A DNA stretch of 64,000 nt from Bacteroidia bacterium (GCA_965279035.1 OZ257142.1:2944001-3008000); one strand, 5' to 3'. Positions 11,101 to 20,889 are shown, counted from the stretch's first letter. Notes: a model not told the origin generated them from the letters alone. Numbers and translations are program-made.

Positions 11101-11924
11101 CCATTAATTTTAAAATTGGCAATTGGTGCAATGGGCTGAACAATAATTGTTTTACTTAACGTACTATTACCAAGAGGATTTGTAACAGTTTGATTAATGG
11201 TATAAGTACCTGGTGTTGTAAACTGAATTTGAGGATTAATAGATGTTGTATTTGTTCCTCCAACAAAATTGTACGTATTACCAGATGCATTTGAAATTGA
11301 CCACTCAATAGTTTTTGCAAAATATTGAGTACTTCCAATATTAGTATATGATAAATTGACGGTAGCATTTTGATATACAGAAACAGTTGAATTATTGGAC
11401 CCATTAATTGAAAAAGAAGCCTGAGGAGCAGAAGGGTAGTTTACTTTTATATATTGTAATCTCGGCCCAGTTCTAGAAGTATTGCATGATTGAAAAGGAG
11501 GATTGTGAGTTGAAGAAATTGTTAATGAAAGATTATAAGTTCCAGGAACTTTATATCTTATTGTTTGTGGGGTGTTGTTTACAACTTCAACAAATGAATT
11601 TTGGGCTATTGAAGTAATTGGTGGGTCTGTATTAAATTGAGGAAACCATTCTTCAGTATATGTAGCATAAGCATTGTCACAAACTGGATTTGGTGTTCCT
11701 GAAAAGTTATACCAAGGATAAGAAGTATTTTTATAACAAGTTACTACTTGATTAATTGATAAGTTAACTTGAGGAGTTGTGCATGATATTGCAGGTACAA
11801 TCGGTCCAGATTCTAATGAACCAGTTATATATACAGGAATACTAGGGCTACATTGGGCATCTAATTTGTTAATCCTTAAACTAATAAAAGAAATAATAAG
11901 CAAAATTTGAGTTAGTAATTTCAT
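8163..11924 (-). pseudogene. Large secreted PKD/Ig-like repeat protein, C-terminally truncated by the IS
   Basis: Likely start MKLLTQ at 11924; PKD repeats (PGTYTI) and four ATG.NLKWY...YYVSQT Ig-like repeats; last codons and stop come from the IS end; no T9SS CTD left. Confidence 0.75.
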
Positions 11925-12015
11925 GGTAAAAGGGATTATTTTTATTTCTCGAGAAACAAAAATATACTTCAAACCATAATTAAAAAACTATCTCCACAGG
12001 TAGTAATTCGATAAC

Positions 12016-12756
12016 TTAAAGCCCTATGAAATTCTTACGCCCGAGTTTTTTAAGGATATTTTTCCTATGATAACGAACGCCAGATTCAGATATTAGTATT
12101 GATTTTGAAATTTGATTTATGCTTAGTCCTCGCTTAATTAAATCATATATTTCTTGTTCTTTTTCTGTAAACTTTAATAAATTATTCTTTATTAAATTTT
12201 CTGGTGCATGAATATACTTAACTTGGTCTCCATATGAAATAATGCAATCTATTGGATGATTTTCTTCAGAATCAATTAGTTGACTTAGAAACCCAAGATC
12301 AAACCATGTATTAGATTTATTACGAATTACTCTATTTGTTTGTAATACCCAAGTCCCTGATCCTGCATTATGTTTTAAGCGATAGTACATTCTTGTGATT
12401 ACTTTTTCTCTCTGAATTTCTGGTAATTTATTAACAAAATTTACTGTTTCATGTATTAGAAAAACTACCCTGTCTATATCTGAAATATGAATAAGATTTA
12501 GAAATACTTGAACCCCTCCTGTTAAAATATCATCTTTAGAAACTCCGAGGATTCTACAAATTGTATTACTCAAATAGGAATATGAACCATTTTGATAGTT
12601 ATAAATATATGCTCCATTGCCCATATTATCCATAAATTCTAATTGATTCTTATGCTCAATTAAAAATTCTTCAATATTCTTTGAATTGTAAATAAATTTA
12701 TTTAGACTCCTTTCTAAGGAATCAGAATTTATATTTGATTTATTTATTTTTTTCAT
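12016..12756 (-). CDS. PAS-domain LuxR-type transcriptional regulator
   Basis: PAS-like LIHISD...YYRLKH; C-terminal FTEKEQEI...GLS.NQIS...HRKNILKKLG. Confidence 0.85.
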   Translation of the reverse strand: MKKINKSNINSDSLERSLNKFIYNSKNIEEFLIEHKNQLEFMDNMGNGAYIYNYQNGSYSYLSNTICRILGVSKDDILTGGVQVFLNLIHISDIDRVVFLIHETVNFVNKLPEIQREKVITRMYYRLKHNAGSGTWVLQTNRVIRNKSNTWFDLGFLSQLIDSEENHPIDCIISYGDQVKYIHAPENLIKNNLLKFTEKEQEIYDLIKRGLSINQISKSILISESGVRYHRKNILKKLGRKNFIGL

Positions 12757-12857
12757 ATGAAATCATAACATATTACAAATGTGATTCAAAAACAAATATA
12801 ATAATCCTTTTTAATCCAAAAGATAAATTATTCTATATTAAACGTATTTTATAGCCT

Positions 12858-12979
12858 AATGTTCAGCATACACCTAAAGAGCCGAACGATACTAACAGAA
12901 TGCTTTAGATTAGACGAATAAAACAAAAATACTAAGCATCAAACTCCAGAAATGCTTAGATTTGTTCGTGTGTGCTGTT
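12858..12979 (-). repeat. attC-like cassette repeat R1 (most diverged)
   Basis: Shares core AATGCTTTAGATTAGACGAATA...CAAACTCC.GAAATGC and terminal inverted arms with R2-R7. Confidence 0.8.
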
Positions 12980-12994
12980 GTGCGACGTTATGTT

Positions 12995-13414
12995 TCAAAG
13001 TATATATCCAGGAATCAAACTGTCAATAACTGCATTTTTTGTTTGTAAAAAGAATATCTCACTTTCTGATTTAACCGTGTACCAATCTTCGGTTCCATAA
13101 TTTTCAAGTCTGAACTTCCTGTGTATTTCGTTTTTTAATGATAACGTTTTATCTCGACTTATAGCGGCTTCTTCATACTTACCTTGGTTTGCAAGTGATT
13201 CTATCTCACGGTTTGTGTCTTCCACATTCCATTCAGGAAATTTATTGGCTGTAAATGATGCCAATGTTTCTTCATAATTTACTTCATAAGAAAATCTAAA
13301 TCCGGCTTTTGAACAAAAATTAATAATCCCTGCCAATTGACTAATGCTCATATTTGCATTCTCTTTGGATAAGTTTCTTATTATTTCATTTAATTGTTTA
13401 GTCGAATTAATCAT
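12995..13414 (-). CDS. Hypothetical cassette protein with UVR-like motif
   Basis: Likely start MINSTK (the track's longer start lies inside repeat R2); ANQGKYEEAAISRDK resembles the uvrB/uvrC motif. Confidence 0.6.
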   Translation of the reverse strand: MINSTKQLNEIIRNLSKENANMSISQLAGIINFCSKAGFRFSYEVNYEETLASFTANKFPEWNVEDTNREIESLANQGKYEEAAISRDKTLSLKNEIHRKFRLENYGTEDWYTVKSESEIFFLQTKNAVIDSLIPGYIL

Positions 13415-13439
13415 TGTTTGCTTTTTTATAATGTACCAT

Positions 13440-13563
13440 AACGTTTCACACACACCTGCAGAGCCAAACTTGGTGAATGAAATGCTTTAGATTAGACGAA
13501 TATAACAAGAAAAACGAATGTATCAAACCTACGAAATGCATCGCTTTGCTGGTGAGTGCTGTT
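13440..13563 (-). repeat. attC-like cassette repeat R2
   Basis: AACGTTTCACACACACCTGCAGAGCC...GCTGGTGAGTGCTGTT, 124 bp. Confidence 0.88.
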
Positions 13564-13695
13564 ACAAGATGGTAGCATTAATGGTAATTGTAAATTTGTG
13601 AATCGAAATGTGTTTTATTTGACAATCAAATTCTAAGATTGCTTTCAATATAAAGTGAATCAAAATAAAATCGAAAAAGAGATTTACTAATAAAT

Positions 13696-14936
13696 TGTAG
13701 GCTCCCCATTTTTAGTACGGTTCTAAATTACAATTTATTATCATTGATTAACTCTTCTTGGCTGGAGTGAAGCGTAGCGGAACGGAGGCCAAGAAGAGTC
13801 TGATTTTTACGTTTATACATCACTGGACTTAAGCCACCCAAAGCATCATGTGGCCTTTCTTCATTGTAGTCTTGCATCCATGTTTCAGTGATGCTTCTTA
13901 CCTCATAGAGAGATTCAAAAATATAATTATCAAGGATTCCTCCTCTAAAGGTTTTATTAAATCTTTCTATCAATGCATTTTGTGTTGGCTTTCCAGGCTG
14001 TATGTAATGAAAGTCTATTTCTTTTATTTCACTCCATTCTTTCGAAAGCTTGGCGATAAATTCAGGTCCGTTATCCATTCGTATTTTTTTAGGTTTTCCA
14101 TGTTTATTGATTAGGTGGTTTAGCACCCAGATTACTCTGCTACTTTTTAATGAATAATCTGTTTCGATAAATAATACCTCACGATTGTAATCATCTATAA
14201 CATTAAAGGATCTGAACTTGCGACCATTGCTGAGAACGTCATGTACAAAATCAATACTCCAAGTATGGTTAAATTCACTTGGTATTACGATTTGTTCTTT
14301 TACTCTTGCTGGCAAACGCTTTTTTGCCTTGCGTCTTAATGGTAGACCCATTTGCTTATAAACCCTGTGGAGGCGTTTGTGGTTTACTTTGACACTCTTG
14401 TTGCGTAAACGATAATAACTCTTCCAAAAGCCTTCTCTGGGGTGTTCAATGCTTAGTTTACTTAAAGCATCATTTAAAAACGAATCATCCTTTTGGGAAC
14501 GATAGTTTAAACTACTCCTGCTTGTTTGTAAAATACGACACGCCTTGCTTATGCCATGAGGATAATGATGCTTGAGCTCTTCTACAATCGCTCTTTTGTG
14601 GCAAGGCTTTAAAGCTTTTTTTCGATTATATACTTTGCCATATCTAGCTCTAAAGCTAAATCTGTATACATGCGCTTTAACTTTGCATTTTCCTCTTCTA
14701 GCCGTTTTATATTCTTCAACTCACTAGCCTCCATGCCACCGTATCGTTGTCGCCACTTGTAAAAAGTAGCCTTCGATACTCCATGCTCTCTGCTAATTGT
14801 TTCAACATCTTTTCCTTGTTCAAACTCTTTAAGGATCTTTGCAATCTGCGTCGGGGTGAATCTTGTCTTTCTCATATTACAGTTTTAAAATTAGAAATTC
14901 TTTTTTCAAACTGTACTATTTTCGGGGGAGCTTACA
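13696..14936 (-). mobile_element. IS3 family element (IS407-like, 1241 bp)
   Basis: TIRs TGTAGGCTCCCC / GGGGAGCTTACA; 4-bp target duplication AAAT. Confidence 0.93.
13728..14875 (-). CDS. IS3 transposase OrfAB (programmed -1 frameshift)
   Basis: OrfA 14609-14875; GAAAAAAAG slippery site; -1 frame runs into [20 protein letters not shown]. Confidence 0.9.
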
Positions 14937-15480
14937 AAATCATTAAAACCAATATAAGTAAAAATCTAATATTGAACTTTTTCAATATTACATTGATTAT
15001 ATTTATAAGTTGTTTATATTAAAATTTGATTAGAGTTGTTGATTAACGTTATTTAGTGCAGCAAATGATCCAATTAATTCTTCGTTTTGATATCTGTCAT
15101 ATTTACTTGCACTCTTAATTATGGATACCTTAATTATAATTGAAAAAATTGAGTAAATAACCCATAAGACTGGATTTGTAATAAAAACATCACCAACGAG
15201 ACCTAAGCATAGGTCAAGATATATTATATCAAAAGAGAATGTTGCGAATAGAATTGAATCAAAGGCTATCGACATTGACCAGTATTTTTTTAGGAAAGAT
15301 AAAGAATATCCATAGTTTAAATCTTGCCTTAAATGCGACCATAAGTATGCCAACAGAGGATAAACATTTATTTGTGTAACTGGGTAATAATTTGAAAGTA
15401 TAATGTGATTATTTAAATTATGTATTTCCAACAATGTATTAAACTCATTAAAATTATTATGAGTGCTATATAGTTTGAAT

Positions 15481-16851
15481 CACACCCGTCCAAGACGTTT
15501 GTATAACGAAAATACAATCCTGATTTGATGCGAGATTACTCATCAAAGAACGCTCTTTTGAAAATTAAACCCTCTATAATTTAAAAAAGGGACATTTGTA
15601 ATTCCAGTTTATCAATTTCGTCATCATCTAAAAAGGGTTTATCAAGCCATTTTTTGAGGTCAATTTTCACAAAGAGATTTAATCGAATAAAGGACACCAA
15701 ATTTGAGAGGTGCCAAGAGTGTTTTGCTTCCTTTTGAAGTGTCTTTAAAAGCAGTATGGTGATTAGTGCTGTCCAAATCTGTATCAGAACAGCATTCATG
15801 CTGGTTCCTATGAAAGACTTGATTTTCAGGTGTGTTTTGATCTCCTTGAAGAACGATTCGATGCTCCATCTACGTTTATATAGTTCTGAAATGGTCGATG
15901 CTGTCCAAGAAAAATTGTTTGTAAGAAGTTCAAGATATATCTGTTGTTCTTCATCCCAGATCTGAACCATTCGGAGCTTTTGCGGGTATTTTTCTTTTGA
16001 TTGAGGTAAACTCAAAAAGCCTTTCCAGTCGTATTGCAAGTCTGGATTTGCTTCATCGGTTGGGCTCTTAGTTCGCTCATAAAGTTCAAACTGAATGTTT
16101 TCTTTTCCTCGAATAACAAAGAATACTCCTTGTTCATCTAATTTTCTCATCCAGTTAAAATCGACATATCCTCTATCAGCTACAACAATGCTTCCTGTGG
16201 GAAATTCAATATCATGTGCTGCATTTACATCGTGCTTTTTGCCATCACTCAAATCAGCAAAAACGGGCATACAGCCGTCAAAGTCAAGGACTGTGTGAAG
16301 TTTTATAGCTCCCTTCTTCTTTCGAAATAGTGCCCAGTCGAACACTTTAAGACAAAGGTCAATCGTGGTTGAATCGAGCAGATAGATTTTACGTTTGGGA
16401 AGCAGCTTTCGGCTTGTTTTTAAGGTTGATTCAAACTGCTCATACAAGTTAAAATACATCGCTTGAAACAGCTCCCAGTTGCGATGTTGGTTATTATATG
16501 CCAACGATGATCGCCTCATGGCTTTTGACACTCCCAGATGATTTAAATCGCCTGTTGCTGATCGCATTCCATTGCAAACGTCATTTAAGCTATTAGACTT
16601 GGAAAACTGGCAAAAAACCATTGTCACAAAGTGAGACCAAGCATCATTGCCTTTACAATGTTTATTGGACTCAAACTTTTCTACTAGTTTATTGAAAGAA
16701 TCTCGCTTAATTTTTTGGAATATCTGAGCAAATAATGTGATCTTCATGCCGGAGTTGGTTTATGTTTTTGTGTCGTAACTCAAACATACCGGATTTAATC
16801 CGGACCAACTCTATTTTTTTACCCTATTTTAAAACGTCTTGGACGGGTGTG
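15481..16851 (-). mobile_element. IS4 family element (1371 bp)
   Basis: Perfect 20-bp TIR CACACCCGTCCAAGACGTTT; 9-bp target duplication AGTTTGAAT. Confidence 0.95.
15581..16747 (-). CDS. IS4 family DDE transposase
   Basis: LLDSTTI, VADRGY, YKRRWSIESFFK (YREK) motifs. Confidence 0.95.
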   Translation of the reverse strand: MKITLFAQIFQKIKRDSFNKLVEKFESNKHCKGNDAWSHFVTMVFCQFSKSNSLNDVCNGMRSATGDLNHLGVSKAMRRSSLAYNNQHRNWELFQAMYFNLYEQFESTLKTSRKLLPKRKIYLLDSTTIDLCLKVFDWALFRKKKGAIKLHTVLDFDGCMPVFADLSDGKKHDVNAAHDIEFPTGSIVVADRGYVDFNWMRKLDEQGVFFVIRGKENIQFELYERTKSPTDEANPDLQYDWKGFLSLPQSKEKYPQKLRMVQIWDEEQQIYLELLTNNFSWTASTISELYKRRWSIESFFKEIKTHLKIKSFIGTSMNAVLIQIWTALITILLLKTLQKEAKHSWHLSNLVSFIRLNLFVKIDLKKWLDKPFLDDDEIDKLELQMSLF

Positions 16852-17245
16852 AGTTTGAATATATTAAATCTAGTAATCAATCTTCTTAAATTTCGACCAC
16901 ATGAGAAACAAATTATACCAATCAAATAACCAATTACAATGTGCACTAGTATCAAGGAATTATTAAAGAAATTAATAGAGAAGAGATTTCCATTTTGGAA
17001 ATACCAAAAGTATATGCCTGAAATAACAGCAATTCCTGCAAGTAAAATTGATAAATCTAAAATTTCAAAAAAATCAGCAACTTTTGAAAATATTATTTTA
17101 AGTATTGAAGTGAAATCGTTCATGATTATATTTAAAGGTTTTAAACTTAGTTTATGTAGTTTTAAAAATCTAAATTAAGTTAATTATTTCAATTGAGTAT
17201 TAATGCAAATGCTTATTGAAAAGACTAAAAGAGCCACTTTCTTGT

Positions 17246-17369
17246 TATGTTCCGCACACACCTGAAGAGCCAAACGAGGTGAACGAAATGCTTTAGATTA
17301 GACGAATATAACAAGAAAAACCGATGCCTCAAACTCCCGAAATGCCTGGTTTTTCTAATGTGTGCTATT
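17246..17369 (-). repeat. attC-like cassette repeat R3 (terminal triplets mutated)
   Basis: TATGTTCCGCACACACCTGAAGAGCC...ATGTGTGCTATT, 124 bp. Confidence 0.88.
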
Positions 17370-17456
17370 ACCAGCTAATCCGTTTTGTACTTAAAGAAAT
17401 AGTCATTGAATTATTTGATTTCAGGAAATTCTTTGTTTATGAATAACCGAGACATT

Positions 17457-18152
17457 TCATTCAATTTCAATTACGATTCCGCCAAAATGGCGTTCTGCAG
17501 CTTTGCATGGAATTCCATTTACATAACAAATGTTACTACTATATTCTCTTTCAACATTTTTGTATTTCCCTTTCAAGCCTTGCCCGAACATGCCATCATT
17601 AAAAAACTCAATTGGTTTTCCATTTTCATCTGTTGTTTTGTCTATACAGTCTTTACAGATTTGTTTTGGATATCGATGGCTAAACCCAGTTTTGTTTAGA
17701 CAAATTGGGCATAATTGATATTCATGATTTTCACTGATTAAATATTCATGAAGCAACATTTCCAAATTCTTTGAAACATTAGCCTGTGAATATTTTCCAG
17801 TTTCCTTCCAAACTTTGTCATTTTCAAGATTCAATACTTTGTAACATCTTTCTAGAACCGACTTATGATGGAATAAATACCAATTATCGCCATTGGGAAA
17901 AGCAACATATAAATTTTCGCTGTTACTATATTTTATATTTAGAGTAAACCTTGATTTTAATTGTACTTTGTAGGTGACGTCATCATATTTTCTATTTATC
18001 ATCAAAAAATCCGCACCATTCCAATCGTCATTTAATCGAATAGTTTCCAAGCCATAATCAGCTAGAATGCCTGAAAGTTTTTGGAAATTAAAGGATTCTT
18101 TCTGTTTTGGGCTAAGATCCTCGTATTCAATCTTTTTAAAATGCAGTTTCAT
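17457..18152 (-). CDS. Hypothetical cassette protein; PD-(D/E)XK-like N-terminus plus Cys-rich C-terminal domain
   Basis: GADF...KVQLKSR; CPIC...CKDC. Confidence 0.55.
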   Translation of the reverse strand: MKLHFKKIEYEDLSPKQKESFNFQKLSGILADYGLETIRLNDDWNGADFLMINRKYDDVTYKVQLKSRFTLNIKYSNSENLYVAFPNGDNWYLFHHKSVLERCYKVLNLENDKVWKETGKYSQANVSKNLEMLLHEYLISENHEYQLCPICLNKTGFSHRYPKQICKDCIDKTTDENGKPIEFFNDGMFGQGLKGKYKNVEREYSSNICYVNGIPCKAAERHFGGIVIEIE

Positions 18153-18278
18153 GTGTTTTAAGTTTGTTGTATGCTTATTAAATGTAAAAATAAACCATTT
18201 GCGTTTTTCAAACTCATCATGGTTACTCGCAGTAAAAAACGAATATGCTTAAGTCGACCGAGATCGCGGCTTTGCTGG

Positions 18279-18402
18279 AACGTTCCGCACACACCTGAAG
18301 AGCCAAATGAGATGAACGGAATGCTTTAGATTAGACGAATATAACAAGAAAAACGGATGCCTCAAACTCCCGAAATGCTTGGCTTTGCAGGTGTGTGCTG
18401 TT
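18279..18402 (-). repeat. attC-like cassette repeat R4 (best preserved)
   Basis: Arms GCACACACCTGAAGAGCCAA (18287-18306) and TTGGCTTTGCAGGTGTGTGC (18379-18398) complementary 18/20; AAC and GTT ends. Confidence 0.9.
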
Positions 18403-18439
18403 AGTGGTAGTTTACTATTTCGTTACTTGTAATATCGGT

Positions 18440-18862
18440 CTACTTCAATGCAAATTTAAATGGTAATGTCCACTCGGAACTAATGGTTCTTCTCTTATTG
18501 TCTTTAATTTCTATAGCTGGATTCCATTTAGGCATAATTGAAACAATTCTTAATGCTTCGTTGTCATATGGAGGACATATTCCTTTCAGAATTTTAGGGT
18601 TATTTATTTTTCCGGTTGTGTCTATTCTAAATGTTATAAATACAGTTCCATGCTCACAACCATCTGCGATAGGCCATTTAATATTACGTCTAATAAAAGC
18701 TATTAAGCTGTCTTCACCACATGGAAAACTTGGTGCTGGATTACTTATTAAAATAGTTTTTGTCGAATCAAGTAATTTGTCTTGCCTAGTCGCTTGAGCA
18801 TGACAAAGTGTCTGCAAACTTGAAAGCAAAATAAATGTCTGTATGATGATTGTCTGTTTCAT
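18440..18862 (-). CDS. TonB C-terminal domain protein (cassette gene)
   Basis: Likely start MKQTII; PSFP.G, GTVFITFRIDTTG, EALRIVSIMPKWNPA. Confidence 0.85.
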   Translation of the reverse strand: MKQTIIIQTFILLSSLQTLCHAQATRQDKLLDSTKTILISNPAPSFPCGEDSLIAFIRRNIKWPIADGCEHGTVFITFRIDTTGKINNPKILKGICPPYDNEALRIVSIMPKWNPAIEIKDNKRRTISSEWTLPFKFALK

Positions 18863-18929
18863 TAAATTACCACTAACCTTTAGACTTGCAGTCAAAGATT
18901 TTAGCTGATAAATTTACCATAAATAAATG

Positions 18930-19085
18930 TAGTTAACCGAAAGCAGGGCGACCTATGCGCTAACAAGGATAATAGGCCTATGGAACGATATAGTGCCCTA
19001 CTTTCTGGTTATTTAAGCCTCAGATAGATATTCGGGATTCAGGCCCATTATAAAGGTTTTGAGGTACAAATAACCATTGGTTAAT
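18930..19085 (+). ncRNA. Predicted IS110 bridge RNA
   Basis: Two stem-loops with internal loops: CGCTAAC and GGAACG match the target; ATAGATAT and TAAAGG match the donor junction; ends approximate. Confidence 0.7.
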
Positions 19086-19107
19086 CCGTTTTGCTAATTA
19101 TAAAATT

Positions 19108-20121
19108 ATGAATTCAAACCAGAACAACCAAAAACATTTTGTAGGAACAGATGTTTCAAAAGAAACACTTGATGTAACGATCTTTTTCAACTCCTCAATG
19201 CATTTTCATCAGCAATTTTCAAATGACAGCAAGGGCTTTAAGCAATTGCTGAAATGGCTAGAAACCTATCCTGAATTCAGTTTTGAAAATACTTTATTCT
19301 GCATGGAACATACAGGAATTTACACTCGTCAGTTTGTTGAATTCCTCCTTTCGAAAGAAGCAAAGGTATGGATGGAGTCGGCACTGCATTTAAAGCGTTC
19401 TATGGGCATGACAAGGGGCAAAAGTGATAAGATCGATTCACTGCGAATTGCACGCTATGCAATGACTCATCAGGACCAAGCCAGGCTCGTAAATCTTTCC
19501 AATAAAACATTGTTGCTTATCAAAGACCTTATGAGTGCAAGAGAGCGGAGTAAAAAGGCCTACCAGTCCATAAAAGTCTCCATTGATGAAATGCAAAGAG
19601 TCGATGCAGCAACAGCAAAAGAGCTCTTGAGGATTAATAAACCAGCCCTTTCTGGATTATTGAAAAGCAAGATGGCGTTGGAAAAACGGATGATGGAATT
19701 AATAGCGATGGATCCTGAACTGAACGAGCTATTTGAGCTGGTTACTTCTGTCAAAGGTGTGGGTAATGTATTGGCAACCGAACTGATTGTTTATACACAT
19801 GCATTTAAAAGAATGGATGAAGCCAAACAACTGGCCTGCTATTGCGGAGTCGCTCCTTTTTCTCATACTTCCGGCACGAGTGTGCATGGAAGAAATGGAA
19901 CTTCAAACTTTGCTAACATGGGACTTAAATCAACTTTACACTTGGCTGCACTTTCTTCAATTCGTTACGTACCTGAGCTTAAAACATATTATCAGAGGAA
20001 AGTAGCTGAGGGAAAATCCAAAATGAGCGTAATTAATGCCGTGCGGAATAAACTGTTGCAACGTGTCTTAGCAGTGGTAAAAAGAGGAACGCCTTACCAA
20101 GAAAATTATCAAGTAAATTAA
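19108..20121 (+). CDS. IS110 family recombinase (DEDD)
   Basis: VGTDVSK, CMEHTG, KSDKIDS, SVKGVG, YCGVAP...SGTS. Confidence 0.95.
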   Translation: MNSNQNNQKHFVGTDVSKETLDVTIFFNSSMHFHQQFSNDSKGFKQLLKWLETYPEFSFENTLFCMEHTGIYTRQFVEFLLSKEAKVWMESALHLKRSMGMTRGKSDKIDSLRIARYAMTHQDQARLVNLSNKTLLLIKDLMSARERSKKAYQSIKVSIDEMQRVDAATAKELLRINKPALSGLLKSKMALEKRMMELIAMDPELNELFELVTSVKGVGNVLATELIVYTHAFKRMDEAKQLACYCGVAPFSHTSGTSVHGRNGTSNFANMGLKSTLHLAALSSIRYVPELKTYYQRKVAEGKSKMSVINAVRNKLLQRVLAVVKRGTPYQENYQVN

Positions 20122-20142
20122 TTTGGAAAACTCATAGATATC

Positions 20143-20261
20143 GTTCCGCACACACCTGAAGAGCCAAACGAGGTGAACGAAATGCTTTAGATTAGATGAA
20201 TATAACAAGAAAAACGAATGCTTCAAACTCCCGAAATGCTTGGCTTTGCTAGTATGCCGTT
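20143..20261 (-). repeat. attC-like cassette repeat R5 (its AAC displaced to 18875-18877 by IS110)
   Basis: GTTCCGCACACACCTGAAGAGCC...GTATGCCGTT. Confidence 0.88.
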
Positions 20262-20889
20262 AGCGGTTGCTATCGTCCCAAAAGCCAATATCAATTAGAA
20301 CCCTACTTTCAAACTCAAATTGAGTTAACTTAATTTTATCTACCGTCAATTCTTTACGAATAGGATCGTAATACATTCCTTTAATTCCAACTTTACATGC
20401 TAAAAATTGATCAGCTAAAAAATCACCTACTTTTGTATTTCCTCCATTAATATCTTCTGAAGCAAAATATCCGTTTGGCCCGCAAGTCAAAATAAAGTTT
20501 CCATTCTTTGCATATTTATCCATTTTCTTTTTTTGAACAATTAACCCACTGTTATTTCCTACTTTCTTAGCCTGGAAAATAATGGATTTCGTGGTTTTAA
20601 TATTTGTGTCTTTATCCTCAATATCTAAGGATATAATAGAGTCCGCTCCAATTCGTTTTTCTTCAGCGCCTGGTCCTCTGCCTTGAAATTTCTTATAGTA
20701 AATTATCCAATAATAAGTTTTGCTGTCAATTTTCATAGTTTTCTTTTCTGACCTAAGATTTCCTAAATAATCTCCAACTACTGAATCTTCTTCTGCATTT
20801 GAATAATCCCATCCCTTTTCGCCTCTTCTCGAACGTTTCTTTATGTGATTTTTTATAATGTCTAATAATTCTTGTGGAAGTTCATGCAT
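20260..20889 (-). CDS. Hypothetical cassette protein, possible PD-(D/E)XK nuclease fold
   Basis: EKRIGAD...IIFQAKK; stop codon TAA lies in the CTAAC end of the repeat, as is common in integron cassettes. Confidence 0.6.
   Translation of the reverse strand: MHELPQELLDIIKNHIKKRSRRGEKGWDYSNAEEDSVVGDYLGNLRSEKKTMKIDSKTYYWIIYYKKFQGRGPGAEEKRIGADSIISLDIEDKDTNIKTTKSIIFQAKKVGNNSGLIVQKKKMDKYAKNGNFILTCGPNGYFASEDINGGNTKVGDFLADQFLACKVGIKGMYYDPIRKELTVDKIKLTQFEFESRVLIDIGFWDDSNR

Larger units (their letters stand above)
15030..17123 (-). pseudogene. Membrane protein (~240 aa) split by IS4
   Basis: Removing the IS4 and one duplication copy joins ...RFNIFKL to YSTHNNFNEFNTLLEIH... in frame (ORFs 16824-17123 and 15030-15434). 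Confidence 0.85.
18878..20142 (+). mobile_element. IS110 family element inserted into repeat R5
   Basis: Splits CACTAAC|GTTCCGCACACAC, which is contiguous in the other repeats; no TIRs; long 5' non-coding end. Confidence 0.9.

Noticed and set aside
13755-13795. GC-rich GGAGTGAAGCGTAGCGGAACGG motif as a separate element
   Set aside because: It lies inside the 3' end of the IS3 orfB and occurs once; no independent evidence.
17246-18402. Repeats as MITEs
   Set aside because: No target-site duplications; flanks instead pair across the intervening gene, and orientation always follows the genes.
18863-18895. Longer N-terminus of the TonB-domain ORF in the track
   Set aside because: It starts inside the IS110 end; ATG at 18862 gives a normal signal-peptide-like start.
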